The notes beneath the pieces are model-generated. The model made no database searches. It was not told the origin of the DNA and saw nothing but the letters and a program-made list of their open reading frames with translations. This document shows, in pieces, positions 10,812-20,645 of a stretch of DNA of 64,000 nt (its first letter is position 1; each line of letters starts with the position of its first letter). The DNA lies in NCBI GenBank assembly GCA_965247705.1, contig CBDFHV010000067.1:14116-78115 (forward strand), read 5' to 3'. The DNA comes from Rhodospirillales bacterium. Lineage in GTDB: Bacteria > Pseudomonadota > Alphaproteobacteria > Rhodospirillales > CAMCUA01. The position numbers and the translations under genes are program-made.

Positions 10812-11393
10812 TCAGTGCAGATAGCGCAGCAGAACGAACCCGCCCACCAGCAGCACGCAGAAGACGATGGTTAAGAGGCCCAGGTTGTTCTCGATGAAGC
10901 GGCGGATGGGCTGCCCGAAATACCACAGAAGCCCCGCCACGATGTAGAACCGCAGGCCCCGGGCAAGTACCGAGGCAACCCCGAAAACGATCAAGTCCAA
11001 TCCGGTGACGCCGCTGGCGATGGTGATCACCTTGTAGGGAAAGGGCGTCAGGCCGGCGATGAAGACGATCCAGGCGCCCCATTCGTTGTAACGGCCCTGG
11101 AACTCGGCGAACTTCGCGCCGTAACCGTAGAAGTCCAGCAACGGCTGACCGACCGTCTCGAACAGGAAGGCGCCGATGGCGTAGCCGGCGAATCCGCCGA
11201 TGACCGAGGCAACGGTACAGACCAAGGCGATCCGCCAGGCCCGGGCCCGGTCGGCCAGCACCATGGGAATCAGCATGACATCCGGCGGCACGGGAAAGAC
11301 AGAACTTTCCACGAAGGATACCCCGGCCAGCGCCGGCAGCGCATGGCGGTGCCCGGCGAGGCTCATGGTCCAGTCGTAGATACGTCTCAGCAC
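10812..11393 (-). CDS. YqaA/DedA-type inner membrane protein
   Basis: LRRIYDWTMSLAG...VSFVESSVFPVPPDVMLIPM signature of the YqaA family. A GTG start at 11393 fits the conserved N-terminus. Confidence 0.7.
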   Translation of the reverse strand: MLRRIYDWTMSLAGHRHALPALAGVSFVESSVFPVPPDVMLIPMVLADRARAWRIALVCTVASVIGGFAGYAIGAFLFETVGQPLLDFYGYGAKFAEFQGRYNEWGAWIVFIAGLTPFPYKVITIASGVTGLDLIVFGVASVLARGLRFYIVAGLLWYFGQPIRRFIENNLGLLTIVFCVLLVGGFVLLRYLH

Positions 11394-11413
11394 GGGTCGC
11401 GGTCTCCTTGGTT

Positions 11414-12583
11414 TCAGCCGTCGAAGCGGCGGATCGAATAAGGGGCGGGGTCGAGGGCGGTTGGGCGGCCGAGCAGCATGTCGGACACCAGTTGCGCGCA
11501 GGCGGGGCCCGTGCTCAGGCCCGAGTTGGCGGGTACCGCCGTGTGGAGGCGCGGCACCTTGGGCACCTCTCCCAGGATCGGATTGCCGTCGGTCATGAAG
11601 CTCTCGCCGGCCCAGGAGCGGATCACGCGAAGTCCACCGACGGCGGGCACCGCCGCCGACGCGGTGGCATTGTTGGCGCCCAGGTTGTGGCGAATGATCT
11701 GGATGCGCCCCGTGGCGGGGGGCTCCTGGGCTTCCCATCCGCCGCCGATGATGACGGTGCCGTTGGACGCCTGCTTGAGGGTCAGGCGGCGTCCCACGTG
11801 CTGGATCAGGTGGTGCATCATGATTGGCACCCGCTCGGTCACCGTCATTTGCTGGGGCCGCGAAATGCCCGGCACCTCGACGCCCTGGAACGCGGCAAGT
11901 CGCGGGGTCCATGAACCCGCCGCGAGAACCAGCCGCTCGCAGGCGATGGTTCCACGGCCGGTGGCGACCTGGAAGCCCCGGTTGGTTCGCTCAATTCCTT
12001 CTACCGCCGTGTTTTCGATTAGCCGGGCGCCGGCCGCCCGCGCCGCCCGGGCGATGGCGTTTACCGCGGCCAGGGGGTCGGCCTTGCCTTCCAGCGGGCA
12101 GTGGGCGGCGGCGGTGACGGTCTCCCCAAGGCAGGGGGCCATGGCCCGCGCCTGGTCGCCGGAAATCATGACATTCTCCAGGCCGGCGGCGGATTCCAGG
12201 GACGTCTTGTGTTCCAGCGCGCGAAGCTGCGCCTCACCCTCGGCCACCATCAGCCCGCCCTGGGTGGTGACGCCCAGGTCCGCCTTCAAGGACTCCTCGA
12301 GGGTCCGCCAGTAGGACAAGGCATAGCGGTTCAGGGGTATCATGTGGTCGAGGACCGCGCGAACCCGCTCCGGCGATTCCTCCTCGATGAAGCGGGTCGG
12401 AAGTTGGGCATGCAGGCTGCCGGCATTGGCGCCGGATGCCTGCCGACCCAGGATGTCCCGCTCCAGCAGGACCACCGCCGCCCCCGCCTCGGCAAGGTTG
12501 CGGGCCAGCGAGCAGCCGACGATCCCGCCGCCGGCGATGACGATCTCGGCGGACTCGGGAAGGTTGGTGCCGCTCTTCATCAC
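11414..12583 (-). CDS. FAD-dependent oxidoreductase, DAO family (paralog 1)
   Basis: VIAGGGIVGCSLARNLAEAGAAVVLLERD Rossmann dinucleotide-binding motif. Sarcosine-oxidase-beta/OoxB-like length of 389 aa. Confidence 0.8.
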   Translation of the reverse strand: MMKSGTNLPESAEIVIAGGGIVGCSLARNLAEAGAAVVLLERDILGRQASGANAGSLHAQLPTRFIEEESPERVRAVLDHMIPLNRYALSYWRTLEESLKADLGVTTQGGLMVAEGEAQLRALEHKTSLESAAGLENVMISGDQARAMAPCLGETVTAAAHCPLEGKADPLAAVNAIARAARAAGARLIENTAVEGIERTNRGFQVATGRGTIACERLVLAAGSWTPRLAAFQGVEVPGISRPQQMTVTERVPIMMHHLIQHVGRRLTLKQASNGTVIIGGGWEAQEPPATGRIQIIRHNLGANNATASAAVPAVGGLRVIRSWAGESFMTDGNPILGEVPKVPRLHTAVPANSGLSTGPACAQLVSDMLLGRPTALDPAPYSIRRFDG

Positions 12584-12617
12584 GGGCAGAACCGGAGCCG
12601 CGTATCCCTATCCCGCC

Positions 12618-14030
12618 TCAGGCCGATTTCCAGGCATTTTCGCGGACCAGGGAGTCGGTGATCTTGCCGACGGCCATCTCGGCCATCTCCACCATGCGGT
12701 CCACCTCGTCCCGCGTGATGCAGAGCGGCGGCGAGAAGCCAAGGGTGTCGCCGGCGGGCATGCCGCGGGCGATAAGGCCCTCGGCCAGGCAGGCGTCGGA
12801 CATCCTTGGCCCCACCTGGAGCGCGGGCTCGAAGCTCTGCTTGGTGTTCCGGTCGGCGACGAACTCGACGGCCGCCAACAGGCCGGCGCCGCGAACCTCG
12901 CCCACCATGGGGTGATCGTCGAAGGCCTCGTGCAGGCGTTGCAGCAGGTAGGCGCCCGTATCCCGGGCATTGTCGATCATGCCATCCTTTTCGATCACCG
13001 CCAGATTGGCCAGTCCCGCGGCGGCGGCCAGGGCATGGCCCGAGTAGGTGTAGCCATGGGAGAAGGGGCCGGTCTTGGCGGTGCCCTGGCACATGACCGC
13101 GAAAACCTTTTCGCTGACGATGGACCCGGAGAGGGGCACGTAGGCGCTGGTCAGGCCCTTGGCCACGGTCATCAGGTCCGGTTCCATGTCGTAGTACTGG
13201 CTGCCGAAGTTGGCGCCCAGGCGGCCGAAGCCGCAGACAACTTCGTCGGCGATCAGCAGCACATCGTGCTTGCTCAGCACTTTCTGGACTTCCGCCCAGT
13301 ACCCCTCGGGCGGCGGGATGATGCCGCCGGTACCCATCAGCGGCTCGCCGATGAAGGCGGCGACCGTCTCCGGTCCCTCGGCCTCGATCAGGGCGTCCAG
13401 GTCGCCGGCGCACTTCTTGGCGAAGTCCCGTTCGCTCATGCCCGTCTCGGCGTTCCGGTAGTAGTGAGGCAGCGTCGTATGCAAGACGCCGTCCAGGGGC
13501 AGGTTGAACTGGGCATGAAAACGGGGCAGGCCGGTGAGGCTGCCCGCCATGACCGTCGAGCCGTGGTAGCCGCCATGGCGCGAGATGATCTTGCGCTTTT
13601 CAGGGCGTCCGAGGACGTTGTTGTAGTACCAGGCGATCTTGACGTTGGTCTCGTTGGCGTCCGATCCCGACATGCCGTAGTAGATCTTGCTCATGTGGGG
13701 CGGCGCCATGCGCAGCACCCGGTGGCTGAGGCGGATGATGGGCTCGTTGGAACTTCCCCGGTAGGTATGGAAGTAGGCCAGCTTGTGGGCCTGTTTGGCG
13801 ATCGCCTCGGCGACCTCGGTGCGGCCATAGCCGATGTTGACGCAATAGAGGGCGGCGAATCCGTCCAGCAGCCGGCGGCCGTGCTGGTCGACGATGTAGA
13901 CGCCCTTGCCGCCCTCGATGATCTGGGGCTCGCCGCTGGCGGCGTGGGCATCAAGCTGGGTCAGCGGGTGCAGGACGCACTGGCGGTCCATTTCCTCCAG
14001 GCTCAGGTTATCGGCGGGGTCCAGTTTCAT
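12618..14030 (-). CDS. class III (omega) aminotransferase
   Basis: 470 aa with YGMSGSDANE, LIADEVVCGFGRLG and TVAKGLTS (PLP-lysine region) blocks. Confidence 0.85.
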   Translation of the reverse strand: MKLDPADNLSLEEMDRQCVLHPLTQLDAHAASGEPQIIEGGKGVYIVDQHGRRLLDGFAALYCVNIGYGRTEVAEAIAKQAHKLAYFHTYRGSSNEPIIRLSHRVLRMAPPHMSKIYYGMSGSDANETNVKIAWYYNNVLGRPEKRKIISRHGGYHGSTVMAGSLTGLPRFHAQFNLPLDGVLHTTLPHYYRNAETGMSERDFAKKCAGDLDALIEAEGPETVAAFIGEPLMGTGGIIPPPEGYWAEVQKVLSKHDVLLIADEVVCGFGRLGANFGSQYYDMEPDLMTVAKGLTSAYVPLSGSIVSEKVFAVMCQGTAKTGPFSHGYTYSGHALAAAAGLANLAVIEKDGMIDNARDTGAYLLQRLHEAFDDHPMVGEVRGAGLLAAVEFVADRNTKQSFEPALQVGPRMSDACLAEGLIARGMPAGDTLGFSPPLCITRDEVDRMVEMAEMAVGKITDSLVRENAWKSA

Positions 14031-14176
14031 GGAGCGGCTCCTGCGATGATCGTGGCGGAGGGAATGGGGCTGCCCTCCGGGGTGGTCCGGACGACTCTAT
14101 TTGCAGCGTTCGGCGGGAGAACTCGAAGGCCGGCACGGTAGTCGAGACCTCCGCCGAATGCCAGGAAAATGGGCAT

Positions 14177-15337
14177 TCAGCGCCGCAGCATCGGCCGGTC
14201 GATTGCCGCTGCGGTGACGTCGATGGAGGGCGCGCGTCCCCGCACAAGTTCCGCCGCCAACCGCCCGCAGAGCGGCCCCATGGAGTAGCCCGCCGGCGCG
14301 GTGACGGCGTTGACGTAGCCGGGCACGCCCGCCACCGGGCCAAGGTAGGGCAGGCCGTCGGTGAAGGGATTGATCCCCGCCCAGGTGCGCAGGATCCGCA
14401 AGCCCCGCACCCCAGGCGCCACGTCGGCGGCGACCCTCAGGTTGCCGCGGATGCTTTCCCGCGCCACCCGGCCGTGGCCACAGGCCGCGTCGGCCACCGC
14501 CCGCCAGCCGCCGCCGATGACCACCGTCCCGTCCCTGGTCTGCTTCAGGGTCAGGGGGCGCGACGCGTGCATGACCAGATGGGGGAAGGTGATCGGGGTC
14601 CGCTCGGTGACGTTCAGGTAGGGGACCTTGGGCGTCACCGGAAGCTCGATCCCCAGCAGGCGCGCCACGCCAGCGGACCAGGCGCCGCTGGCGTTGACGA
14701 TGCGCCGTGCCCGGATCTCGGGGCCCGAGGTGAGGACCTGGAAGCCCCCGTCTTGCTGCTCGATGGCGCGCACTTCGACCCCGGTGATGGTGCGGGCGCC
14801 GCGATGGCCGGCCGCCGCCGCCACCGCGCGGCTGGCCTTTAAGGGGTTTATCCGGCCCTCCGTCGCGCACCAGGCGGCCGCCAACGCCGTTTCGTTCAGG
14901 TAAGGGGCCAGGTCGCGAAGGGCGTTGCCGCGCAGGATCTCGCTCTCGATGCCCTGGCGGCCTTCGATGACCTCTTTCCGTTCCAGGTGGCCAAGATCCG
15001 CCTCGGTCTCCGCCACCATCAGGCCGCCGGTGATCTTGCGTTCGAAGTCGGCGCCCAGATCCGCTTCCAGGTCCGACCACACCCGGTTGCCATGCACGAA
15101 GTAGGGCAGGGCCTGCTCCAGGGCGGCGGCCGAATCGGGATTGTCGCGAAGTTCCGGCGGCACCATGAGCTGGAAATGGACGCTGCCGGCGTTGCGGGAC
15201 GAGGCCTGGCTGACCAGGGCGTGGCGCTCCACCACCATGACTTCGACCCCGTCGCCGGCAAGGTCGTAGGCCGCCGTGCAGCCGACGATTCCGCCACCGA
15301 CGATCAGGACGTCGGTCTCGAGGCGCTCCCCCTTCAT
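14177..15337 (-). CDS. FAD-dependent oxidoreductase, DAO family (paralog 2)
   Basis: DVLIVGGGIVGCTAAYDLAGDGVEVMVVER motif. Collinear similarity to the other three DAO paralogs. Confidence 0.8.
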   Translation of the reverse strand: MKGERLETDVLIVGGGIVGCTAAYDLAGDGVEVMVVERHALVSQASSRNAGSVHFQLMVPPELRDNPDSAAALEQALPYFVHGNRVWSDLEADLGADFERKITGGLMVAETEADLGHLERKEVIEGRQGIESEILRGNALRDLAPYLNETALAAAWCATEGRINPLKASRAVAAAAGHRGARTITGVEVRAIEQQDGGFQVLTSGPEIRARRIVNASGAWSAGVARLLGIELPVTPKVPYLNVTERTPITFPHLVMHASRPLTLKQTRDGTVVIGGGWRAVADAACGHGRVARESIRGNLRVAADVAPGVRGLRILRTWAGINPFTDGLPYLGPVAGVPGYVNAVTAPAGYSMGPLCGRLAAELVRGRAPSIDVTAAAIDRPMLRR

Positions 15338-15367
15338 GGACGATGCCCCCGAAGGGCGGCGGCGCGA

Positions 15368-16198
15368 TCAGGCCGGCTGGTCGGACCAGCCCCACTGGGC
15401 CAGCCGTTCCCGGGACGTGACGATGGCGTCGTCCGGGTTGTCGTTGGTGATGATTTCCAGCATGGAATAGCCGTCGTAGCCCGCCTCGGTCAGGGCCGCG
15501 CCCACGGCCGCGTAGTCGACGATGCCGCTGCCGATGGGTTGTTTCTCATGATGATCGGGACCCCGGTCCGCCAGGTGAATCAGGGAAACGTGGTCCTTCA
15601 ACTTGCGGAAGGCGTCCTCGGGCTTGTCGCCGCCGGAATAGGCGTTGCACATGTCCAGATTGATGCCGACCCGGTCGTCGCCAATCCGCTTCCACATGGC
15701 CAGCAAGTCGTCGGCGGTGGCCATCATGGTGCCGGGCACGTTCTCCAGCAGCAGCTTGACCCCGGCGTCGGCGGCGAGGGGCGCAAGCTCCGCCACCCCG
15801 TCCGCCAGCCAGCCCTTGAGGCTCTCGGTGGGCGGTGAGAAGAAGGGATGGACCTTGCCCGACAGGACCAGGGCGTGCGGCACGTTCCAATCGTGGCCCA
15901 GTTCGATCACCCGCTTGTACATGTCCTTGGTGCACTGGCGCACCTCGGGCAGCATGCTGTGCAGGTTGTTGTCGTCCAGGGGGAAGCACAGGGAGTGGAT
16001 GGAAAGCCCCTTGTCGTCGAGGCGATCGCGGATGTCCCTGCGGTCGTCGGCGCCGAGGTCGGCGGGCCACACGTGGGGCGGAAATACCACCAGTTCGAAA
16101 GTGCGAAACCCAAGCTCTCCCAGGTGGAGCATGGTTTCCAGGGCGCCATGGCTATAGATGTATGAAAAAGTGCTGACCCCAACCGGCATTCCGGCCAT
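15368..16198 (-). CDS. xylose-isomerase-like TIM-barrel protein (sugar phosphate isomerase/epimerase family)
   Basis: GVSTFSYIY...LGFRTFELV N-terminus and LLENVPG, HLADR blocks. Start at ATG 16198. Confidence 0.7.
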   Translation of the reverse strand: MAGMPVGVSTFSYIYSHGALETMLHLGELGFRTFELVVFPPHVWPADLGADDRRDIRDRLDDKGLSIHSLCFPLDDNNLHSMLPEVRQCTKDMYKRVIELGHDWNVPHALVLSGKVHPFFSPPTESLKGWLADGVAELAPLAADAGVKLLLENVPGTMMATADDLLAMWKRIGDDRVGINLDMCNAYSGGDKPEDAFRKLKDHVSLIHLADRGPDHHEKQPIGSGIVDYAAVGAALTEAGYDGYSMLEIITNDNPDDAIVTSRERLAQWGWSDQPA

Positions 16199-16399
16199 GT
16201 CGATGCCTCCCGTAACGTGCGTGAAGTGTCCCCCAAGTCGGGCGGCCGCAGCATAGCGCCGGCCCGGGAACTTTTCCATGCGCGGCGCGCCGAGCGACGC
16301 TCGCGGCCTAGGTCTTGGGGTTCCCACGGCGGGCCGCTATAGTCTTGTTGCCTAATATCGAATGCATGACCGCGCCGCGCCGAGGAGATATCAGAAGAC

Positions 16400-17251
16400 A
16401 TGAGCGACGTCGTCGACAGCGCCGTAACCGAATCCGACGTCGAGGCCTTTCGCCGGGACGGCGCCGTCTGCCTGCGGGGTCTGCTGGACGCCGACTGGGT
16501 GGCGCGTATGCGCGATGCCGTGGACCGGGTGACCGACAATCCGGGGCCCATGCGCGAGACCTATCACGAGGACCAGCCGGGCACCTTCTTCAGCGAGAAG
16601 TTCCTGTGGACGGTCGATCGGGATTTTCGCGCCTACGTTCTGGAATCGCCCCTGGCGGCCACCGTCGGCCGGCTGATGGGGTCGGAGAAGGTTTGCCTTT
16701 TTTACGACCACCTCCTGGTCAAGGAGGCCAACACCCCCACCCCCACCCACTGGCATCAGGACTTGAACTACTGGCCGTGGACGGGCAAGCAGATCTGCAC
16801 CGTGTGGTTCCCCATGGACCGGGTGACCGGCGCCAACGGGACGCTCGAGTTCGTGCGCGGCTCCCACCTGTGGCACGACGGGCCCATGAGCCGGGTCGCC
16901 CTCTTCGGTCAGCGCGCCGGCCAGCCCGAGGACTTTGCGGACCCGGACGCCATGCCGGTGGACACCGGCCCGCCCCAGCCCGACGTGGACACCCGTCGCG
17001 ACGAGTTCGACATCCTGACCTGGGACCTGGACCCGGGCGATGTGCTGGTGTTCACCGCCCTGACCCTCCACTATGCGTCGGGGAATCCCACCGGTGGCCG
17101 GCGTCGGGCGCTGGCCACCCGCTGGCTCGGCGACGACATGCGCTGGCAGCGCAAGACCCGAATGCTGCAGCTTCTAAGAGACCCCGGGCTGAACAACGGC
17201 GACGTTCCCGACAGCGACCTGTTTCCCGTGGTCTGGCGCCAGGCCGCCTGA
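16400..17251 (+). CDS. phytanoyl-CoA dioxygenase (PhyH) family Fe(II)/2-oxoglutarate oxygenase
   Basis: THWHQDLNYW (HxD iron motif), FVRGSHLW, and a distal His in LTLHYASGN. Confidence 0.75.
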   Translation: MSDVVDSAVTESDVEAFRRDGAVCLRGLLDADWVARMRDAVDRVTDNPGPMRETYHEDQPGTFFSEKFLWTVDRDFRAYVLESPLAATVGRLMGSEKVCLFYDHLLVKEANTPTPTHWHQDLNYWPWTGKQICTVWFPMDRVTGANGTLEFVRGSHLWHDGPMSRVALFGQRAGQPEDFADPDAMPVDTGPPQPDVDTRRDEFDILTWDLDPGDVLVFTALTLHYASGNPTGGRRRALATRWLGDDMRWQRKTRMLQLLRDPGLNNGDVPDSDLFPVVWRQAA

Positions 17252-17294
17252 CCCTTCGCCGCATCGAACACGTGCACTAGAGAGGACGATAGAC

Positions 17295-18224
17295 ATGGAC
17301 CGCAACGACATCGACTGGACCGGCGTGATGCCGGCCATCGTCACCCCGTTCGATGCCCAGGGGCGCTTGGACGAGGCGGGGTTCTGCCGCGGCGTCGAGC
17401 TGTGCATCGACTATGGCTGCACCGGCGTCGTCACGCCCGGCTGCGCCGGCGAATCCTGGGCCCTGAGCCGGGACGAGCGCAAGCGCCTCTTTAAGCTGGC
17501 GGTGGACACGGCCAGCGGCCGGATCAAGGTCTTGGCCGGCACCAGCGCCATCACCCAGGGCGAAGTGATCGACTATGCCACTTACGCCAAGGAAATCGGC
17601 TGCGACGGCCAGATGGTCATCTCGCCCTTCTTCCCGCGGCTCCATTCCCACGAGGACTTCCTGTCCCACTACCGGGCGATCTCGGACGCGGTGAAGCTGC
17701 CGATCATGATGTACAACGTCCCGGCCTATAACCTGAACGAGCTGACGCCGGAACTGACCGCCAAGCTGGCCGACGTCGACATGGTGGTGGCAATCAAGGA
17801 AAGCACGCCGGACTGGGGCAAGTTCCACAAGACCCTGACCATGGCCGGCGACCGCATCAAGGTCTTCACGGGTCAGCTCAGCCTGTTCGGCATTGGCGCC
17901 ATCATGCACGGGTCCGATGGCGTGGTGACCGGCGCCACCAGCATCTGGGGCGCCGAAAGCGTCGAGTTCTACAACACCTGCGTGGCCGGCGACGGGGAGA
18001 AGGCGGTGCGCCTGCAGAACAAGGCCATCGAGTTGTGGGATCTGTGCCTGGCCAACAACCGCAACCTCTATCCGGCGATCAAGGCGGGCATGAACCTGCA
18101 AGGCCTTCCCGGCGGCTATCCCCGTCCGCCCCTGCGTCCGTTGAACGGCGACGAGATCGAGGAACTGCGCGTCGGCATGCAGCGGCTGGGCTTCGACGTC
18201 TCGGCCGCCGCCGCCGCCGAGTAG
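17295..18224 (+). CDS. DapA/N-acetylneuraminate-lyase family protein
   Basis: PAIVTPFD, GVVTPGCAGES, YNVPA and VAIKEST (Schiff-base Lys region) blocks of the DHDPS family. Confidence 0.8.
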   Translation: MDRNDIDWTGVMPAIVTPFDAQGRLDEAGFCRGVELCIDYGCTGVVTPGCAGESWALSRDERKRLFKLAVDTASGRIKVLAGTSAITQGEVIDYATYAKEIGCDGQMVISPFFPRLHSHEDFLSHYRAISDAVKLPIMMYNVPAYNLNELTPELTAKLADVDMVVAIKESTPDWGKFHKTLTMAGDRIKVFTGQLSLFGIGAIMHGSDGVVTGATSIWGAESVEFYNTCVAGDGEKAVRLQNKAIELWDLCLANNRNLYPAIKAGMNLQGLPGGYPRPPLRPLNGDEIEELRVGMQRLGFDVSAAAAAE

Positions 18225-18266
18225 GTATTTCGACGTTCGCCACTGGGCGGACGAACAACATGTGCG

Positions 18267-18297
18267 GTCCCGCGCTTGCCGGCGCGGGACCGCTTTC
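18267..18297 (+). terminator. GC hairpin plus T-rich tail (intrinsic terminator/attenuator candidate)
   Basis: GTCCCGCGC-ttgccg-GCGCGGGAC forms a perfect 9-bp stem, followed by CGCTTTCTTG. The TTG in the loop is the first canonical in-frame start of the downstream DAO gene. Confidence 0.5.
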
Positions 18298-19487
18298 TTG
18301 AGGCCAGTGGTTCCATCGATACGGACGTCCTGATCGTCGGCGCCGGCATCGCCGGCTGCGCCACCGCCTATTTCGCCGCCCGCGAGGGCCTGGAGGTGGT
18401 GGTCATCGACCGGGGCGACATCAATGCCGAGGGGTCCGGCACCAATGCCGGCAGCCTCCACGCCCAGATCATCTCCCGCTTCTTCAAGACCACCAATCCC
18501 TTGTGGGTACGCGGCCGGTCGCAACTCATTCCCTTCGCCTTGCAGGGTCTGCGGGTGTGGCGGCGCCTGGCCGACGAATTGGACGCGGATATCGAGCTTC
18601 GCCTCCAGGGCGGCCTGATGGTGGCCGAGACCGAGGACCAGTTGGAGATCCTCAAGCGCAAGGTCGACCTGGAGCGGGCCCAGGGCCTGGACGCCGACAT
18701 CCTGACCGGCGACGCCCTGCGGACCGCGGCCCCCTACCTGGCCGAAACGGTGGTCGGGGCCGAACACTGCCGCGACGAGGGCGAGGTCAATCCCCTGATC
18801 GCCACGGTGGCCATGGCCCGGGGGGCGGAGGCCGCCGGCGCCCGCATCATGGGCCGCACCGCCTTGAAGGCCCTGGAAGCGGGGCGCGAAGGCATGGTCG
18901 CCGCCACCGACCGGGGGTCCATCCGCTGCCGCCGGCTGGTCAACGCCGCTGGCCCCTGGGCAGGCGACGTGGGTCGCCTGGTCGGGGTGACCGTACCCGT
19001 GGAGGGTCTGCCCCGCCACATGAACGTCACCGAGCCGGTGGCGCCCCTGATCGCCCATCTGGTCCAGCACGCGGACAAGCGCCTGTCCCTCAAACAGGCG
19101 GAGAACGGCACCATCATCATCGGCGGCGGCTGGCCGACGAAGGTCGACCCTCGAACCGGACAAGTGGCCGTGTTACGGGAAACGGTGGAGTCCAACTTGG
19201 ACGTGGCCCTGCGCCTGGCGCCCCGACTGGCTGGCATTCACCTTGTGCGTACATGGGGCGGCATCCTCGGCCTCACCCCCGACGGGCTGGCCATCCTCGG
19301 TCCGGTGGAGAGCGTTCCCGGTTACGTCAATGGGGTAGTCCCCAACGCTGGCTATACCGCCGGCCCCCTGTGCGGGCTGCTGCTCGCCGAATACCTGCGT
19401 GGCAAGACCCCCAGCCTGGACCTCGCCCCCTACGCCGTGGAACGCTTCGAGTCCATCGGCGCCGGCCCCGATCTGGCGGCGTTGTGA
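18276..19487 (+). CDS. FAD-dependent oxidoreductase, DAO family (paralog 3)
   Basis: DVLIVGAGIAGCATAYFAAREGLEVVVIDR motif. Only a TTG at 18276 is available as an in-frame start. Confidence 0.75.
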   Translation: MPARDRFLEASGSIDTDVLIVGAGIAGCATAYFAAREGLEVVVIDRGDINAEGSGTNAGSLHAQIISRFFKTTNPLWVRGRSQLIPFALQGLRVWRRLADELDADIELRLQGGLMVAETEDQLEILKRKVDLERAQGLDADILTGDALRTAAPYLAETVVGAEHCRDEGEVNPLIATVAMARGAEAAGARIMGRTALKALEAGREGMVAATDRGSIRCRRLVNAAGPWAGDVGRLVGVTVPVEGLPRHMNVTEPVAPLIAHLVQHADKRLSLKQAENGTIIIGGGWPTKVDPRTGQVAVLRETVESNLDVALRLAPRLAGIHLVRTWGGILGLTPDGLAILGPVESVPGYVNGVVPNAGYTAGPLCGLLLAEYLRGKTPSLDLAPYAVERFESIGAGPDLAAL

Positions 19488-20629
19488 CCGCCGGCAACCT
19501 CAGCACCGACGTGCTGGTGGTCGGCGGCGGCATCACCGGCTGCGCCACGGCCTATTTTCTCGCCCGCGAAGGAGTGGAGGTGCTGCTGATCGATCGGGAC
19601 GACCTGGCCACCGGGGCCTCGGGGCGTAACGCGGGCAGCCTTCACCTGCAGATCCTGCCCTTCATCCTCGAGGGGCTGGACGAGGAACGGCGCCGCAGCC
19701 GGCTGTCGGCCCTGCATCTGTTTCCGCCGGCCATCGAGGCGTGGCGGGACCTGGAGCGCACCCTGGGCGCCGACTGGGAAATCCGCCTCCATGGCGGCCT
19801 GATGGTCGCCGAAACGCCGGAGCAACTCGCCAGCCTCGAACGCAAGGCGGCCGTCGAGCGCCGTGCGGGGATCGAATCCCACATCATCAACCGTGCCCAG
19901 GTGCGGGATCTGGCGCCCTACCTGTCGGCGCGCGTGATCGGTGCCGAGTTCTGCCCCGGCGAGGGGAAGATGAACGCTCTGGCGGCCCTGCCGGCCATCG
20001 CGGCGGCGGCCGAGGCGGCGGGGGCCCGGGTGCTGCGCGGGGTGGCGCTCCAGGCCATCGAGGCCGGGGAGCGCGGACTGGCGGCCCACACTTCCGGGGG
20101 AACCATCGCCTGCGCCCGGCTGGTCAATGCCACCGGCCCCTGGGCCGCCGAGGTGGCGGCCATGGTCGGCGCTTCGCTGCCGGTGACCCAGAAGTACGTC
20201 CAAAGCCACGTCACCGAGCCGACGGCGCCACTGATCCGCCACCTGGTCTATCATTGCCAGCGCATCCTGACCCTCAAGCAGTTGGACAACGGCAACCTGG
20301 TTATCGGCGGCGGCTGGCCGGCCCGACCCCAGACCGGCGGCGTCTGTCCCTGGGTGCAACGGGAAAGCGTCGAGGGCAACATGTGGGTGGCCTGCCGGAT
20401 CGCGCCCCGGGTGGCGGGCCTCAACTTGCTGCGCACCTGGGCCGGGATCAACCTGCGCTCCGACGGGCGGCCGATCGTCGGTCCCCTGCCGGGTGTGCCG
20501 GGCTTTTTCAACGTCATCCCGCCCGATGCCGGCTGGACCACGGGACCCCTCTGCGGCCGTCTGGCGGCGGAGATCCTCACCGGCCGCGCGCCGTCTCTCG
20601 ATACGGCGGCGATGGCCCTGGAGACCTGA
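19484..20629 (+). CDS. FAD-dependent oxidoreductase, DAO family (paralog 4)
   Basis: GTG at 19484 overlaps the upstream stop (GTGA). DVLVVGGGITGCATAYFLAREGVEVLLIDR motif. The upstream 327 codons of the 708-aa ORF are an out-of-frame read of paralog 3. Confidence 0.75.
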   Translation: MTAGNLSTDVLVVGGGITGCATAYFLAREGVEVLLIDRDDLATGASGRNAGSLHLQILPFILEGLDEERRRSRLSALHLFPPAIEAWRDLERTLGADWEIRLHGGLMVAETPEQLASLERKAAVERRAGIESHIINRAQVRDLAPYLSARVIGAEFCPGEGKMNALAALPAIAAAAEAAGARVLRGVALQAIEAGERGLAAHTSGGTIACARLVNATGPWAAEVAAMVGASLPVTQKYVQSHVTEPTAPLIRHLVYHCQRILTLKQLDNGNLVIGGGWPARPQTGGVCPWVQRESVEGNMWVACRIAPRVAGLNLLRTWAGINLRSDGRPIVGPLPGVPGFFNVIPPDAGWTTGPLCGRLAAEILTGRAPSLDTAAMALET

Positions 20630-20645
20630 CAAGGAGGAAACGGAC

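Noticed and set aside
14109-14158. Nested inverted repeat (TTCGGCGG ... CCGCCGAA with an inner CTCGA/TCGAG) in the 147-nt gap between DAO paralog 2 and the aminotransferase gene.
   Set aside because: The stems are short and interrupted, there is no T-tract, and no second copy occurs in the window. It could be an operator or an mRNA structure, but the evidence is too thin to call a feature.
18503-20629. 708-aa plus-strand ORF that looks like one very large FAD protein.
   Set aside because: The first 327 codons are an out-of-frame read-through of DAO paralog 3, with Arg/Pro/Gly-rich translation. The Rossmann motif and homology begin at GTG 19484, which overlaps the upstream stop (GTGA). It is therefore called as a 381-aa protein.
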